Below the pieces are notes generated by a model, which was not told the origin of the DNA, made no database searches, and worked only from the letters and a program-made list of their open reading frames with translations. Of a stretch of 64,000 bases of DNA, positions 45,886-56,623 are shown piece after piece; the stretch's first letter is position 1, and each line of letters opens with the position of its first letter. Origin of the DNA: an uncultured delta proteobacterium (lineage in GTDB: Bacteria > Desulfobacterota > Desulfuromonadia > Desulfuromonadales > JACZKF01). Position numbers and translations under genes: made by a program. The DNA lies in contig CAWFKQ010000001.1 of assembly GCA_963816395.1 (NCBI GenBank), positions 1 through 64,000 on the forward strand. The letters run 5' to 3'.

Positions 45886-46215
45886 TAGCCTACGGGCCCC
45901 CAGTGGGGTCAAATTCATTGCCACTTTCACCAATAAAAAAACCACTCCCATCAGCACCCTGCTGACAAAAGCGGCTTCCTTTCTCCACTCCTTTAATCAC
46001 ACCAACCCTCCCAACACATCCCGGCCGGCCAACCGGCCCTTCAAACTTCGACGGGGGAAGTCGACACCAAGAAAAAAACAATGAATTCGGTTTTAGGGGA
46101 TTTTGGAAGGGGAGTCAAGGATTAATTAAATCCGTGTCGCGAGCAAATAAACTGTCCGGACTTGTAGCACAAGGTTGTCCGGTTCATGGTTAATCAACAG
46201 AGCCTCGAGAAGCTT

Positions 46216-46967
46216 TCACCAGCCGAACATTGCGATGTCCGGCACCCCGTCCCAAGTCCTTCCCTCCAGCAACCTCCCGTTCCGCTTCTTCCCTCTCTTC
46301 AGCCCGTCCGGTCCCCATCCTCCCCACTGCTTGAAGAAGAAGTCTACGCGATGGCGCTTCGCACTGGCGCTGGATCTTCCTCACCCACTCCGGCCGCATG
46401 GGGCGGGCCTGCACCCCGGACTCGCCGCCGACGATGACCCAGTGGATGCCGGTCAGGTCGATTTCTCCCAGGTCCTCCAGCAGCGGTTCGATTGACAGGA
46501 AACGGATGCGGGCGGCGACGGCGCGCAGCAGGTCGGATCCGCGGCAGGCCATGGGCGCGGTTTTCTACCGTCACCCCCAGCCAGGCGTTCTTCGGCGCTC
46601 GGCTGCCGCGCATGAAGTCGGCCATCCGCCCGGCGCGCTTGGTGAGGATCTGAAAAGTGTGCTGCGGGGAATCCGCGATCACCCGGAAAACTTTGCGGAT
46701 GTAGTCATCGGGAATCCGTTCGTGAAACAGGTCGCTCATGGAGTTTACAAAATAGACGGTCGGCTTCTTCCGGCGCAGCGGCTCTTCAAGCCGCTCGGGG
46801 AGCAGAGTGAGGGCAAATCCGCTCTCATACCCATTTACACCCATCGCCTGTAATCGCCGGGCCATGACCTCGGCATAGCAATGGGCACAGCCGGGGGAAA
46901 CCTTCGTGCACCCCACCGCCGGGTTCCACGTCTGTTCGGTCCACTCGATTTTAGTATTCGTCGCCAT
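46216..46967 (-). CDS. DUF5131 (phage Gp37/Gp68-like) three-Cys protein; frameshifted
   Basis: [68 protein letters not shown]. Confidence 0.9.
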
Positions 46968-46971
46968 ATCT

Positions 46972-47821
46972 TCAGAATAACTCAAGTTGATCGTCGCTGT
47001 ACTTCTTCACTTCCCGCCAGAATTTTTTCGCCAGATTGTGCCTACTGTAGAAGCCGAACCTATAAATCGTCGAATTCTTCTCGTTCTTTATCGCCACGGT
47101 CTCTTCCGGATCGCTTGGCTGATACTGGAGTGAAATCATCTGTTCCCCGAATAAACGGGTCAGGAAAATCGCTGCGCTCTCCCCTCTCGTTTTCGCCTTA
47201 TCCCATCCCCTCCGCCATTCAGATTTCCCAAGAAAATCATCCAGCTTGGACTCTGATCTAGGTGCATAGCGCTCGATATTCCTCTGGGCGTCCCCTGTCG
47301 GAATAAGTGACGAGAAAATCGAAATACCTCTGGGACAATTGCCTGATCGTCTCGAATTTCAGGTTTTCCAGATTATACGGATCCAAAACAGAAACCTAGA
47401 ATCTTGCAGCCCCGGAGAGGCCTGGGTATTTCCCGGAGGATGCTGTCAACCAGCCGTTTGCATCCCCATGAAGAAATCTGACGTTCTCTTGGCTGAAATC
47501 GCAGCCGACCCGCTGCCGAAGCGCATCGAGTTTCTGCTCGTCCAGTTCGCAGAAAATATACTGGCTGAAAGGTGTTGGGATATCCAGTGCGAGAAGCGGA
47601 GAGGCAGCGACGATTTCGTCCCTGTCCCGCAGCAGCGAACGCCCGGCCCCGGCGAACAGGTCGACATAAACCAGGTGATCCCACTTCCCCTTCATCGATG
47701 AGGCAAACATGCTCGCGTAGTTCTGGACCAGCCGGTATTTCTTCTCCGCCCAGAATCCGACATCCGGCGTAATCAGGCCATCGTCTTTCAGAATTGGCAG
47801 GTGTCGAGATTCGATCCCCAT
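46972..47821 (-). CDS. tcmP: Three-Cys-motif partner protein TcmP (methyltransferase-like); frameshifted
   Basis: WAEKKY, YVDLFAGAG, ASPLLAL, GDAN, FLDPY; C-terminus KKFWREV...QLELF; directly upstream of DUF5131. Confidence 0.8.
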
Positions 47822-48044
47822 TTCCCCCTCCTTCATTCTCCAGCCTTAAATGCCAGAATACGTCAATTCCTTTGTTCGAATTTTAATTCCTGGTGCATGT
47901 TAGCATTTTCATATTCATGCACCTATCATATTCCTGCACTAACTATAAACCTCGTCTTTTTGGCGCGAAACGCACTTGCGTGCCAGTTTATGTGGCGCAA
48001 ATTCCGTGGGTGTTTCCCCCCTTGCCGCGTTTCCCAACAGGTTG

Positions 48045-48191
48045 CTGGACGATAACCTACAAGGTGCCGACAACGGCGGGTTGGAAGAAAGTGCATGCCT
48101 CGCAGTGAAGAACATCGGAAAGCCGTGTGCGGGAAAATCGCATGCACGGTTTGATGAGGGAGGGTAGGGTTAAACCCGCTCTCTACCCTAC
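48045..48191 (+). mobile_element. Group II intron 3' remnant (end of IEP coding sequence, domains V and VI)
   Basis: Domain V AAGCCGTGTGCGGGAAAATCGCATGCACGGTTTG, then ATGAGGG and domain VI ending CTCTACCCTAC; preceded by ...YKVPTTAGWKKVHASQ*. Confidence 0.85.
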
Positions 48192-48289
48192 CCTGTCCTC
48201 CATCCTCCCGCCTTTCCTATGCCCCGTTTCCTGCTATAAAGAAAGGATGAAACAGCGTCGGCAGGGGCCGGCGGAGAGGAGAGGCAGGA

Positions 48290-49006
48290 ATGATTCTGAA
48301 GGGCAAAAAGGTCATCATTCTCGGCGGCAGTTCGGGGGTCGGGCTGGCCACGGCCAAGGCCGCCGTTGAAGAGGGGGCGAAGGTGCTGATCGCCAGCCGC
48401 TCCCGAGAGAAGCTGGAGCGGGCCCGCAGCGAGGCTGGCGGCAGGGTGGGTATTTTCGTCCTGGACGTGACGCGGGAGGAGGAGGTGGGAGGCTTTTTCG
48501 AGCGGGCGGGGGCATTCGACCATCTGGTGACTACCGCTGCCGAGGGGATCACTGGCCCGTTTCTGGAACTGCCGCCGGAGGCGGTGCAGGTGCTCTTCGA
48601 GAGCAAGTTCTGGGGTCAGTACCGGGCCGCCCGGCATGCCGCCCGGCAGATCCGGGAGGGTGGTTCGATCACCTTCTTCTCCGGGGTGGCGGCGAAGAAA
48701 CCGATTCCCGGCTTCTCCTCCTTTGCGGCGGTTAATGGAGCGATCAATGCTCTCTGCCGGGCGCTGGCGGTGGAAATCGCCCCGGTACGGGTGAACGTGG
48801 TCTCCCCGGGGATCATCGATACCCCGGCCTACGGGGAGATGGCGGCGGAGGCGCGGCAGGAATTCTTCGAGCGGACTGCTGCCGCTCTGCCGGTGGGGCG
48901 GATCGGCACCCCCGCGGAAGTGGCGGAAGCCGTTCTCTTCCTGATGCGAAGTGGCTTCACCACGGGCGCCGTGCTGGACGTGGACGGTGGCGGGCGGCTG
49001 GCCTGA
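48290..49006 (+). CDS. Short-chain dehydrogenase/reductase
   Basis: LGGSSGVG, RVNVVSPGIIDTP, VDGG. Confidence 0.9.
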   Translation: MILKGKKVIILGGSSGVGLATAKAAVEEGAKVLIASRSREKLERARSEAGGRVGIFVLDVTREEEVGGFFERAGAFDHLVTTAAEGITGPFLELPPEAVQVLFESKFWGQYRAARHAARQIREGGSITFFSGVAAKKPIPGFSSFAAVNGAINALCRALAVEIAPVRVNVVSPGIIDTPAYGEMAAEARQEFFERTAAALPVGRIGTPAEVAEAVLFLMRSGFTTGAVLDVDGGGRLA

Positions 49007-49092
49007 GCTGGCCGGGACTGTTGACAAGGCAGGAGAGGATTATAAAGTGGATCTGATGCCGGGCTCGGTAATTTCCCGGCGGAGGAGGCAGT

Positions 49093-49344
49093 ATGAGCAA
49101 ACGTGATAGGGGATTGCCGCCGGCACCAAATGCACGCGGTGACCTGGTGACCGAAAAAGATCAGCGGCAGCTGCGGGAAACGATGCGCCGCAAGAGCGGC
49201 AAAGAAATGGAAGGCGAAGGTGAAGATATGGCCGCGGCGGGCCAGGCGGAAGGTGAACGCAGCGGCGAGCCGGCGACCAAGGTAGCGCATACGCCCGGTC
49301 AGGCGGAAGGAGAGCGGGACGAAGAGGAGAGCAGGAAACTCTGA
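49093..49344 (+). CDS. Small hydrophilic hypothetical protein
   Basis: GGAGGAGG RBS; 83 aa with repeated GQAEGER; TTGACA at 49021. Confidence 0.6.
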   Translation: MSKRDRGLPPAPNARGDLVTEKDQRQLRETMRRKSGKEMEGEGEDMAAAGQAEGERSGEPATKVAHTPGQAEGERDEEESRKL

Positions 49345-49355
49345 AGGCGGGTGCC

Positions 49356-50273
49356 GTGCTGCATGCGCTGCTGGTGGTCAATCGCAGGTCACGGGAGGGC
49401 AACGCCGACCTGGGAGCGGGGATCGAGCTGCTGGCCAGCCGAGGCTTCTCTCTGATGGAATTCTACACCGCCGATCCGGCAGCCATTCCAGGCGTGATCC
49501 GGAAGCATCGGCGGGAGGTCGAACTGGTCATTCTCGGCGGTGGCGACGGCACCCTGAACACCGCCGCCCGCAGCCTGGTGGAAAGTGGTCTGCCCATGGG
49601 TATACTGCCCATGGGGACCGCCAATGATCTGGCCCGCACCCTGCGGATCCCTTTCTCCCTGCGTGAAGCCTGCCGCGTGATCGCCGCCGGACGAAAACAT
49701 CGGATCGACCTCGGCGAGGTGAACGGCCGCTATTTCTTCAATGCGGCCAGCATCGGCCTGGCGGTGCGGGTTACGCACCAGCTGTCACCGGAACTCAAGG
49801 CCCGCTGGGGGGCGCTGGCTTATGCCCGGGGCTTGCTGCGGGCGTTGCGGGAAAATCGCCCCTTCGCCGCCGAAATCGTCTGCAACGGACGGAGCCTGCG
49901 CCATCGGTCGATCCAGATTGCGGTAGGGAATGGCCGGCATTACGGCGGGGGGATGACCATAGCCGACCAGGCGATGATCGATGACCATTGTCTCAACCTC
50001 TACAGCCTGGAGCCGCAGAGCCTGTGGCGCCTGCTCCGTCTCGTCCCGGAACTGCGCCGGGGAACGGCCGGCCGGCGGCCTGGAGTGAAGCTGGTGAGCG
50101 GGCGGGAAATCTCCATCCGCACCCGTCATCCCCAACCCGTGGTTACCGATGGAGAACTGACCACCCGGACCCCGGCCCGCTTCCGGGTGGTGGAAAGTGC
50201 GCTGCAGGTCTTTGTGCCGAAAGAGTACGGGGGCGGTCGAAGGGGAGGGAAGAATGTCGATGCTGCGCGATGA
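49356..50273 (+). CDS. YegS/DAGK family lipid kinase
   Basis: GGGDGTLN, LPMGTANDLAR, GNGRHYGGG, TDGE. Confidence 0.9.
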   Translation: MLHALLVVNRRSREGNADLGAGIELLASRGFSLMEFYTADPAAIPGVIRKHRREVELVILGGGDGTLNTAARSLVESGLPMGILPMGTANDLARTLRIPFSLREACRVIAAGRKHRIDLGEVNGRYFFNAASIGLAVRVTHQLSPELKARWGALAYARGLLRALRENRPFAAEIVCNGRSLRHRSIQIAVGNGRHYGGGMTIADQAMIDDHCLNLYSLEPQSLWRLLRLVPELRRGTAGRRPGVKLVSGREISIRTRHPQPVVTDGELTTRTPARFRVVESALQVFVPKEYGGGRRGGKNVDAAR

Positions 50274-50691
50274 AAATGAAGTCGCCCTCGACGAGGTCGC
50301 TGAAACCTGCCGGGCGGCGGCTGAGCATTACCGGACCGCCGGCGCGGTCGCCCACACCAGCGTTCTGGCCGATCTGTTTCGCCGTCTTGAGGAAAACCGG
50401 CGCCGGGGGGCCGCCGCCCTGGAGGATGAAATACGGCGGATGGGCAATCTGCCTGGAGCGCCCGATCCTGACCGCGAGGCGTTGGAACACCTCGCCACCC
50501 GCCTGAAGGCCGCCGTTGCCGCCGATGAGCGGCGCGCGTTGCTGGCGAGCTGCCTGCAAATGGAGGAGAAGCTCGCCGCCGCCGTCGATGCCGCCCTCGA
50601 CCAGAACCTGCCCGCACCCACCCATGCCTTGCTGCGTCGACTGCAGACCGAAGGCTCCGCTATTCGCGAGGACCTGACGGTTGCGGACTGA
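50254..50691 (+). CDS. Ferritin-like (DUF2383/PA2169-like) protein
   Basis: Four-helix pattern with E..HY, LEDEIRRMG.LP. Confidence 0.55.
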   Translation: MSMLRDENEVALDEVAETCRAAAEHYRTAGAVAHTSVLADLFRRLEENRRRGAAALEDEIRRMGNLPGAPDPDREALEHLATRLKAAVAADERRALLASCLQMEEKLAAAVDAALDQNLPAPTHALLRRLQTEGSAIREDLTVAD

Positions 50692-50733
50692 TAACCGGAT
50701 TTTTTCGACCCTTCCCGCTGGGCGCCAATGAAA

Positions 50734-51090
50734 TTAACTGTCTCCGGCCCCCAGGCGCCAGCCTTTTTGCTGCAGGCACTGGCGGTAGAGTTCTTTGCGG
50801 AAGCGGGCATCTCCGGGATCGAAATAGGGGTCGCGGAAAAGGGGACCTCCGTGCGAATAGTAGCGCGCGTAATCGGGGCCCTCCCACGAGTAGCGGCGCT
50901 CGCCGGGCGGGGAGAACCCACCGTAGGCTCCCAATGATGCCTCTGCTTGCCGGTCTGCCTGATGGGCACAGACGAATTTTTTCTGTTGCAGGGAGGTCGC
51001 CCCCTCACCGGCGGTCTTCTGCCAGGCAGGACCCCCGGCGCAGCCAGCGAAGAGGAGGGCAGATAACGTCGTGATCAGCCAACCTTTCAT
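50734..51090 (-). CDS. Lipoprotein of unknown function
   Basis: Lipobox FAGC; C-terminal CLQQKGW. Confidence 0.65.
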   Translation of the reverse strand: MKGWLITTLSALLFAGCAGGPAWQKTAGEGATSLQQKKFVCAHQADRQAEASLGAYGGFSPPGERRYSWEGPDYARYYSHGGPLFRDPYFDPGDARFRKELYRQCLQQKGWRLGAGDS

Positions 51091-51246
51091 CTTTCGGGCC
51101 TCCATCCGTTCCCTTTTTATTTTATCCTCTTCGCAGGCTTTCGCCAGGAGCCCCCCGTCTCATGAGATTGCAACCATACCGGCCCCTGATATACTATGTG
51201 GAATTGCCAGGTGCTTGGAGATATTCAAGTTTTAGTTGGGAGGCCC

Positions 51247-53930
51247 ATGACCCCGTTCGCCAATGTCAGTCCGCAGTGGATTGAGGCGCAGTACCGGTTG
51301 TGGCGGGAAGCGCCGGAGCAGCTTCCCGCTGAGTGGCGGGCCTTTTTTCGCGGTTTCGGGCTCGGGCAGGAGGGAGAACCGACTGCCGCGACGGCGCTGG
51401 AATGCAGCAAGCAGTCCGCGGTGGATTCCCTTATTTACCGCTACCGGGACATCGGGCATCTGCTGGCCTGCACCGATCCCCTTTCCCCTTGTCCGACCGA
51501 GCATCCGCTCCTCTCCCTCTCGGCCTTTGGCCTGGAGGAGGCGGACCTGGACCGCACCTTTCATCCCCTGCGCTATCTGAAACCGAGCGCCACTCTGCGG
51601 GAAATCGTCGAAATGATGCGGGAGACCTACTGCCGCTCGATCGGCGTCGAGTACATGCACATCCAGGAGCCGGCGGAACGCCAGTGGCTGAAGGATCGCA
51701 TGGAGCCCCGGCGCAACCGACCGGCATTTTCCCGCAAAATGAAGCTGCAGATCCTGGAGAAACTGCAGGAGGCGACCCTCTTCGAACAGTTCCTGCACCG
51801 CAAGTTCATCGGCCAGAAGCGATTCTCCCTGGAAGGGGGGGAAGTGCTCATCCCGCTGCTGGAGTGGGTGGTGCGCCAGGCAGCCTCAAGCGGGGTGCGG
51901 ACCCTGATCCTCGGTATGCCGCACCGGGGCCGGCTGAACGTCCTGGCCACCCTCTTCAACCGTCCTCTCCCCAATATCTTCGCCGAATTCGAAGACAACC
52001 TGGAATTCGGTTTCGTCGGCGAGGGGGATGTCAAATATCACAGGGGATTCTCCACCGACCGCAGCTTCCCGGACGGCAGCCGGATCCACCTGAGCATGGC
52101 CTCCAATCCCAGCCACCTGGAGGCGGTCGACCCGGTGGTGGAAGGGAAATGCCGGGCCCGCCAGGGCGGCTACGGGGAGGAAGGGGCGGGCAAGGTGCTG
52201 CCGCTGCTGCTGCACGGCGACGCCGCCTTCGCCGGCCAGGGAATGGTGGCCGAGACTCTCAACCTCTCCCAGCTGGAAGGTTTCAGTACCGGCGGCACCC
52301 TGCACGTGGTCCTCAACAACCAGATCGGCTTCACCACCGTGCCCGAGGATGCCCGTTCCACGCGCTACGCCACCGATGTGGCGAAGATGCTCTCGGTCCC
52401 CATCTTCCATGTCCACGGCGAAGATCCGGAAGCGGTCCTGTTCACCGCCGGCCTGGCTCTTGAATACCGCCAGGCTTTTCGCCGGGATGTGGTGGTGGAG
52501 GTGATCTGCTACCGCCGGCAGGGACACAACGAGGGCGACGAGCCCTATTTTACCCAGCCGCTGATGTACGAGAAGATCAAGGGTCGCCCCCCTCTGGCCG
52601 AGATCTATGCCGACCGCCTGCGGGAAGAGGGGGTGTCAGAGGAAACGATCGAGGCGCAGACCGAGGCGATGCGGCGCCGGCTGGAGACATCTCTCGATGG
52701 TCAGGCCGGCCTCGCCGATCTGGTCGGTTACCGGGGGAAATGGCACGACATCGAGCGGGACTGGCAGCCTTCGCCGGTCGCCACCGGGGTGGAGAGGGAG
52801 CAGCTGCGGCAGCTGATGGAAGAGCTGACGGCGATCCCCGAGGGCTTTTCCCCGCACCCGAAGATTGCCAAGACAGATGGATCGGCGGCTGGGAAACGGT
52901 GCAGGCGGGGGAGGGGATCGACTGGGCAACCGGCGAGGCTTTGGCTTTTGCTTCCCTGCTCGCCGAAGGGACCCCGGTGCGTTTTTCCGGCCAGGATTCG
53001 CGGCGCGGCACTTTCAGCCAGCGTCATGCCGTGCTTTTCGATGTCCACACCGGCGGCAGTTATTGCCCCTTTCAGGCCGTGACCGCCGAGGGAGCCGGTT
53101 TCCAGATCTACGACAGCATGCTGTCGGAGGCGGCGGTCCTCGGCTTCGAATACGGCTATTCCCTGGAGAGCCCGCACGGACTCACCCTCTGGGAGGCGCA
53201 GTTCGGCGATTTCGCCAACGGTGCCCAGGTCATCATCGACCAGTTCATCGTCAGCAGCCAGACCAAGTGGGACCGGGTCAGCGGCCTGGTCCTTCTTCTG
53301 CCGCACGGGTATGAAGGGCAGGGGGCGGAGCATTCGAGCGCCCGCATCGAGCGCTTCCTGCAGCTGTGCGCCGACGACAACATCCAGGTGGCCTATCCCT
53401 CCACCCCCGCTCAGTACTTTCACCTGCTGCGGCGGCAGGTCAGGCAGCCCTTTCGCCGACCGCTGGTCGTCTTCACTCCCAAGGCCCTGCTGCGGCTCCC
53501 CCGGTGCACCTCCCGCCTGGAGGATTTCGCCGGGGAGTTCCGGGAAATCCTCCCGCCCGAAAACGCTCCGGCGCAGACCAGAATTCTCCTGCTCTGCACC
53601 GGCAAGATCTACTATGACCTGCTGGAAAAACGGCAGAAGGACGAGCGTCAGGATGTGGCACTGATGCGGATCGAACAGCTTTATCCCCTGCGCTCCGATC
53701 TGCTGGAAAAGGCGCTGGAGCCTTTCCGCCGGGCGGAAAAGATCGCCTGGGTGCAGGAGGAACCGCGCAATGCCGGCGCCTGGGGTTTCCTGCGCTCCCA
53801 ACTGGCTGATCTGCTGGGGCGGGAGCCGGAATTCATCGGCCGGCCGGCGGCGGCTTCCCCCGCCGTCGGTTCGCACCGGCTGCACAACAGCGAGCAGGCG
53901 GAAATTCTGGAGAAAGCATTTTTGCCGTGA
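51247..53930 (+). CDS. sucA: 2-oxoglutarate dehydrogenase E1 (frameshift near 52875)
   Basis: KRFSLEGGE, GMPHRGRLN, GDVKYH, NPSHLE, HGDAAF, WEAQFGDFAN, LPHGYEGQG. Confidence 0.96.
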
Positions 53931-53973
53931 AATAGGACCACGGTCCGATCTTTTGCCCCACAGGAGCAAGACC

Positions 53974-55130
53974 ATGGAGATAAAAGTCCCCGAAGTCGGC
54001 GAATCAGTGCATGAGGCGACCATCGCCAAGTGGCATAAGCAGGACGGTGAGGCAGTCCATAAGGACGATCTGCTCTGCGAGCTGGAGACGGACAAGATCA
54101 CCCTGGAACTGAACGCCGATGGCGACGGGGTGCTGGCCATCGAGATCGGGGAGGGGGAGTCGGTCGACGTCGGTGCCGTCATCGGCCGGATCGAAGAAGG
54201 GGCCGCCCCGGCGGAAGAGAAACCGGCGGCGGAAATGAAGCCGGAAAAGAAAGAGGAAAAAAGGCCGGAAGAGACAAAAGAGGGGAAAAAAGCCGAAAGG
54301 AAAACACCGGCTCCGGCCGAAGCGCCGCCGCCGGCAACGGCAGCCCGGCGGGAGGCGAGGGAAGAGAAGCGGGAGGAAGCGCGGCGGGAGACCCCGCCCC
54401 CCCGCCCGAAGCGCCGCCGGCCACGGAGGAAGGACGGGTCACCCGGCAGCCGATGAGCGCCATCCGCCGGCGCATCGCCGAGCGGCTGGTCGCGGTGCGG
54501 CAGCAAACGGCCATGCTCACCACTTTTAACGAAGCCGACCTGGGGCGGGTCCTCGAGCTGCGCCGCAAGCACAAGGAGAGCTTTCAGAAAAAGCACGGCG
54601 TCGGCCTGGGCCTGATGTCCTTCTTCGTCAAGGCGGCCGTCGAAGCGCTCAAGGAATACCCGGAGGTCAATGCCCGCATCGACGGGAGCGATATCCTCCT
54701 GCAGCATTTCTACGATCTCGGCATCGCCGTCGGCACCAGCCGCGGCCTGGTGGTGCCGGTGCTGCGCGACGCCGACCGCCTGCATTTCGCCGAGATCGAG
54801 CGGCAGATCCGGGATTTCGCGGAGAAGGCCGAGAACGGCAAGCTCTCCCTCGATGATCTGGAGGGGGGGACATTCACCATCAGCAATGGGGGGGTGTACG
54901 GCTCCATGCTCAGCACGCCCATCCTCAACCCGCCGCAGAGCGGTGTGCTCGGCATGCATGCCATACAGGAAAGGCCGGTGGCCCGGGGCGGGCAGATGGT
55001 CATCCGCCCGATGATGTATCTGGCCCTCTCCTACGACCACCGGCTCATCGACGGCCGCCAAGCTGTCGGTTTCCTCAAGCGGATCCGGGATGTCATAGAG
55101 GAGCCGGAGGAGATGTTGTTGGAACTTTAA
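53974..55130 (+). CDS. sucB: Dihydrolipoamide succinyltransferase E2 (frameshift near 54400)
   Basis: Lipoyl [33 protein letters not shown]. Confidence 0.96.
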
Positions 55131-55133
55131 TAC

Positions 55134-55266
55134 AATTCTGAATTATGAATTCTGAATTTTGAATTGAAGATCGTAACCTTGTTCCCATTGGATAGAGGTT
55201 CACCGGACTCGCTAGCTTTATGGTTTTTAGCCTTAATTCAAAATCTAAAATTCAAAATTCAAAATT
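55134..55266. repeat. AT-rich heptamer inverted repeat (TGAATTT / AAATTCA units)
   Basis: aattctgaattatgaattctgaattttgaatt ... aattcaaaatctaaaattcaaaattcaaaatt between convergent genes; related half-array at 13893-13935. Confidence 0.7.
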
Positions 55267-55268
55267 TA

Positions 55269-55673
55269 TTATGTCTCTACCGCGATGGGATGGTCGGTGT
55301 GGGGTCCGTGGGAGAATTCCAGGACATCTTCCACCCGCACCGTCATCCGCGTCTCCACCTGCGGCAGCCCCGGTTCCTCGATCTCCGGGGCGTAACCGTT
55401 GAGGATCCCCACTTCCGAGGTGTTTTCCACCCGGCACAGCAGCTGATAACCGGCTCCGGTGCCGGGGTCGACCACCACCACCGCCAGGCGCGGCACCTCG
55501 GCCACGTTCTCCAGGGTCTTGCGGCAGAACCAGGCTTCGAAGATCAGGTGATGCGGATCGGTAACCTTTAGCCCGCCGCCGGCCGCCAGATGCGGGCGCG
55601 CCCGCTGGTCGGCCGAAGCGACATAGGCGTAATTGATCTCTTCGATAAAGCGCTTCATCTTGTCGGAAATCAT
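55269..55673 (-). CDS. Pyridoxamine 5'-phosphate oxidase-like (split barrel) protein
   Basis: YVASAD..ARPH, KTLENV, GYQL. Confidence 0.7.
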   Translation of the reverse strand: MISDKMKRFIEEINYAYVASADQRARPHLAAGGGLKVTDPHHLIFEAWFCRKTLENVAEVPRLAVVVVDPGTGAGYQLLCRVENTSEVGILNGYAPEIEEPGLPQVETRMTVRVEDVLEFSHGPHTDHPIAVET

Positions 55674-56623
55674 GGTCTCCTCACAGTCTCGTCCAGCAGG
55701 GACTCCAGGAAGCGCTCGGCCTGCATGGCGGCCATGCAGCCCGAACCGGCGGCGGTGATCGCCTGGCGAAAATGCGGGTCCTGCACATCGCCGGCGGCGA
55801 ATACCCCGGGGACGCTGGTCTCCGTGAAGTTGTGGGTAACCAGGTAGCCTTCTTCGTCCATTTCCAGCTGACCGCTGAACAGGCCCGTATTCGGGGTATG
55901 GCCGATAGCGACGAAAACGCCGTCGCAGGGGAAATCCTCTTCCCGGCCGCTGGGCAGGTGCTGCAGACGCACGCCGGTAACCCCCATTTTATCCTCTAGA
56001 ATGGCGGTGACCAGGGTCTCCCAGCGGATGCTGATGCGCGGGTTGTTCAGTGCCCGTTGCTGCAGGGTGGGGGTGGCGCGCAGGATGTCGCGCCGGTGCG
56101 CCACCGTGACCCGGCGGGCGAAGCGGGTGAGAAATATCGCTTCCTCGATCGCCGTATCCCCGCCGCCGACCACCACCACCTCCTTGTCCCGGTAGAAAAA
56201 GGCATCGCAGGTGGCGCAGACGGAGACACCGCGCCCGTAGAGGCGCCACTCGTTTTCCAGACCGAGCATCTTCGGGGAAGCGCCGGTGCTGATGATCAGG
56301 GTTTCTCCCCTGTAGATCTCCTCCCCCACCCGGACGCGGAAAGGCCGCTCCCGCAACTCCACCCCGGTCACTTCCCCTTCAACAAAGCGGGTGCCGAAGC
56401 GCTCCGCCTGCCGACGCATGTTCTCCATCAGGGTGGGGCCATCCACCCCCTCGGGAAAGCCGGGGAAGTTCTCGATCACCGTGGTGGTGGTCAGCTGTCC
56501 GCCCGGTTGGGCACCGTCGATGAGCAGGGGACAGCAGCGGCTGCGGGCGGCGTAAATGGCGGCGGTAAGGCCTGAGGGGCCGGAGCCGAGGATGATCGTT
56601 TCGTGTACCCCCTCAACCTCCAT
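55670..56623 (-). CDS. trxB: Thioredoxin-disulfide reductase
   Basis: GSGPSG, GGQL, CATCD, GGGDTA, GVFAAGD. Confidence 0.95.
   Translation of the reverse strand: MEVEGVHETIILGSGPSGLTAAIYAARSRCCPLLIDGAQPGGQLTTTTVIENFPGFPEGVDGPTLMENMRRQAERFGTRFVEGEVTGVELRERPFRVRVGEEIYRGETLIISTGASPKMLGLENEWRLYGRGVSVCATCDAFFYRDKEVVVVGGGDTAIEEAIFLTRFARRVTVAHRRDILRATPTLQQRALNNPRISIRWETLVTAILEDKMGVTGVRLQHLPSGREEDFPCDGVFVAIGHTPNTGLFSGQLEMDEEGYLVTHNFTETSVPGVFAAGDVQDPHFRQAITAAGSGCMAAMQAERFLESLLDETVRRP

Noticed and set aside
46216..46967. DUF5131 as evidence of a prophage
   Set aside because: No phage structural, replication or integrase genes nearby.
48045..48191. Active group II intron or retron
   Set aside because: No RT ORF and no 5' intron domains; remnant only.
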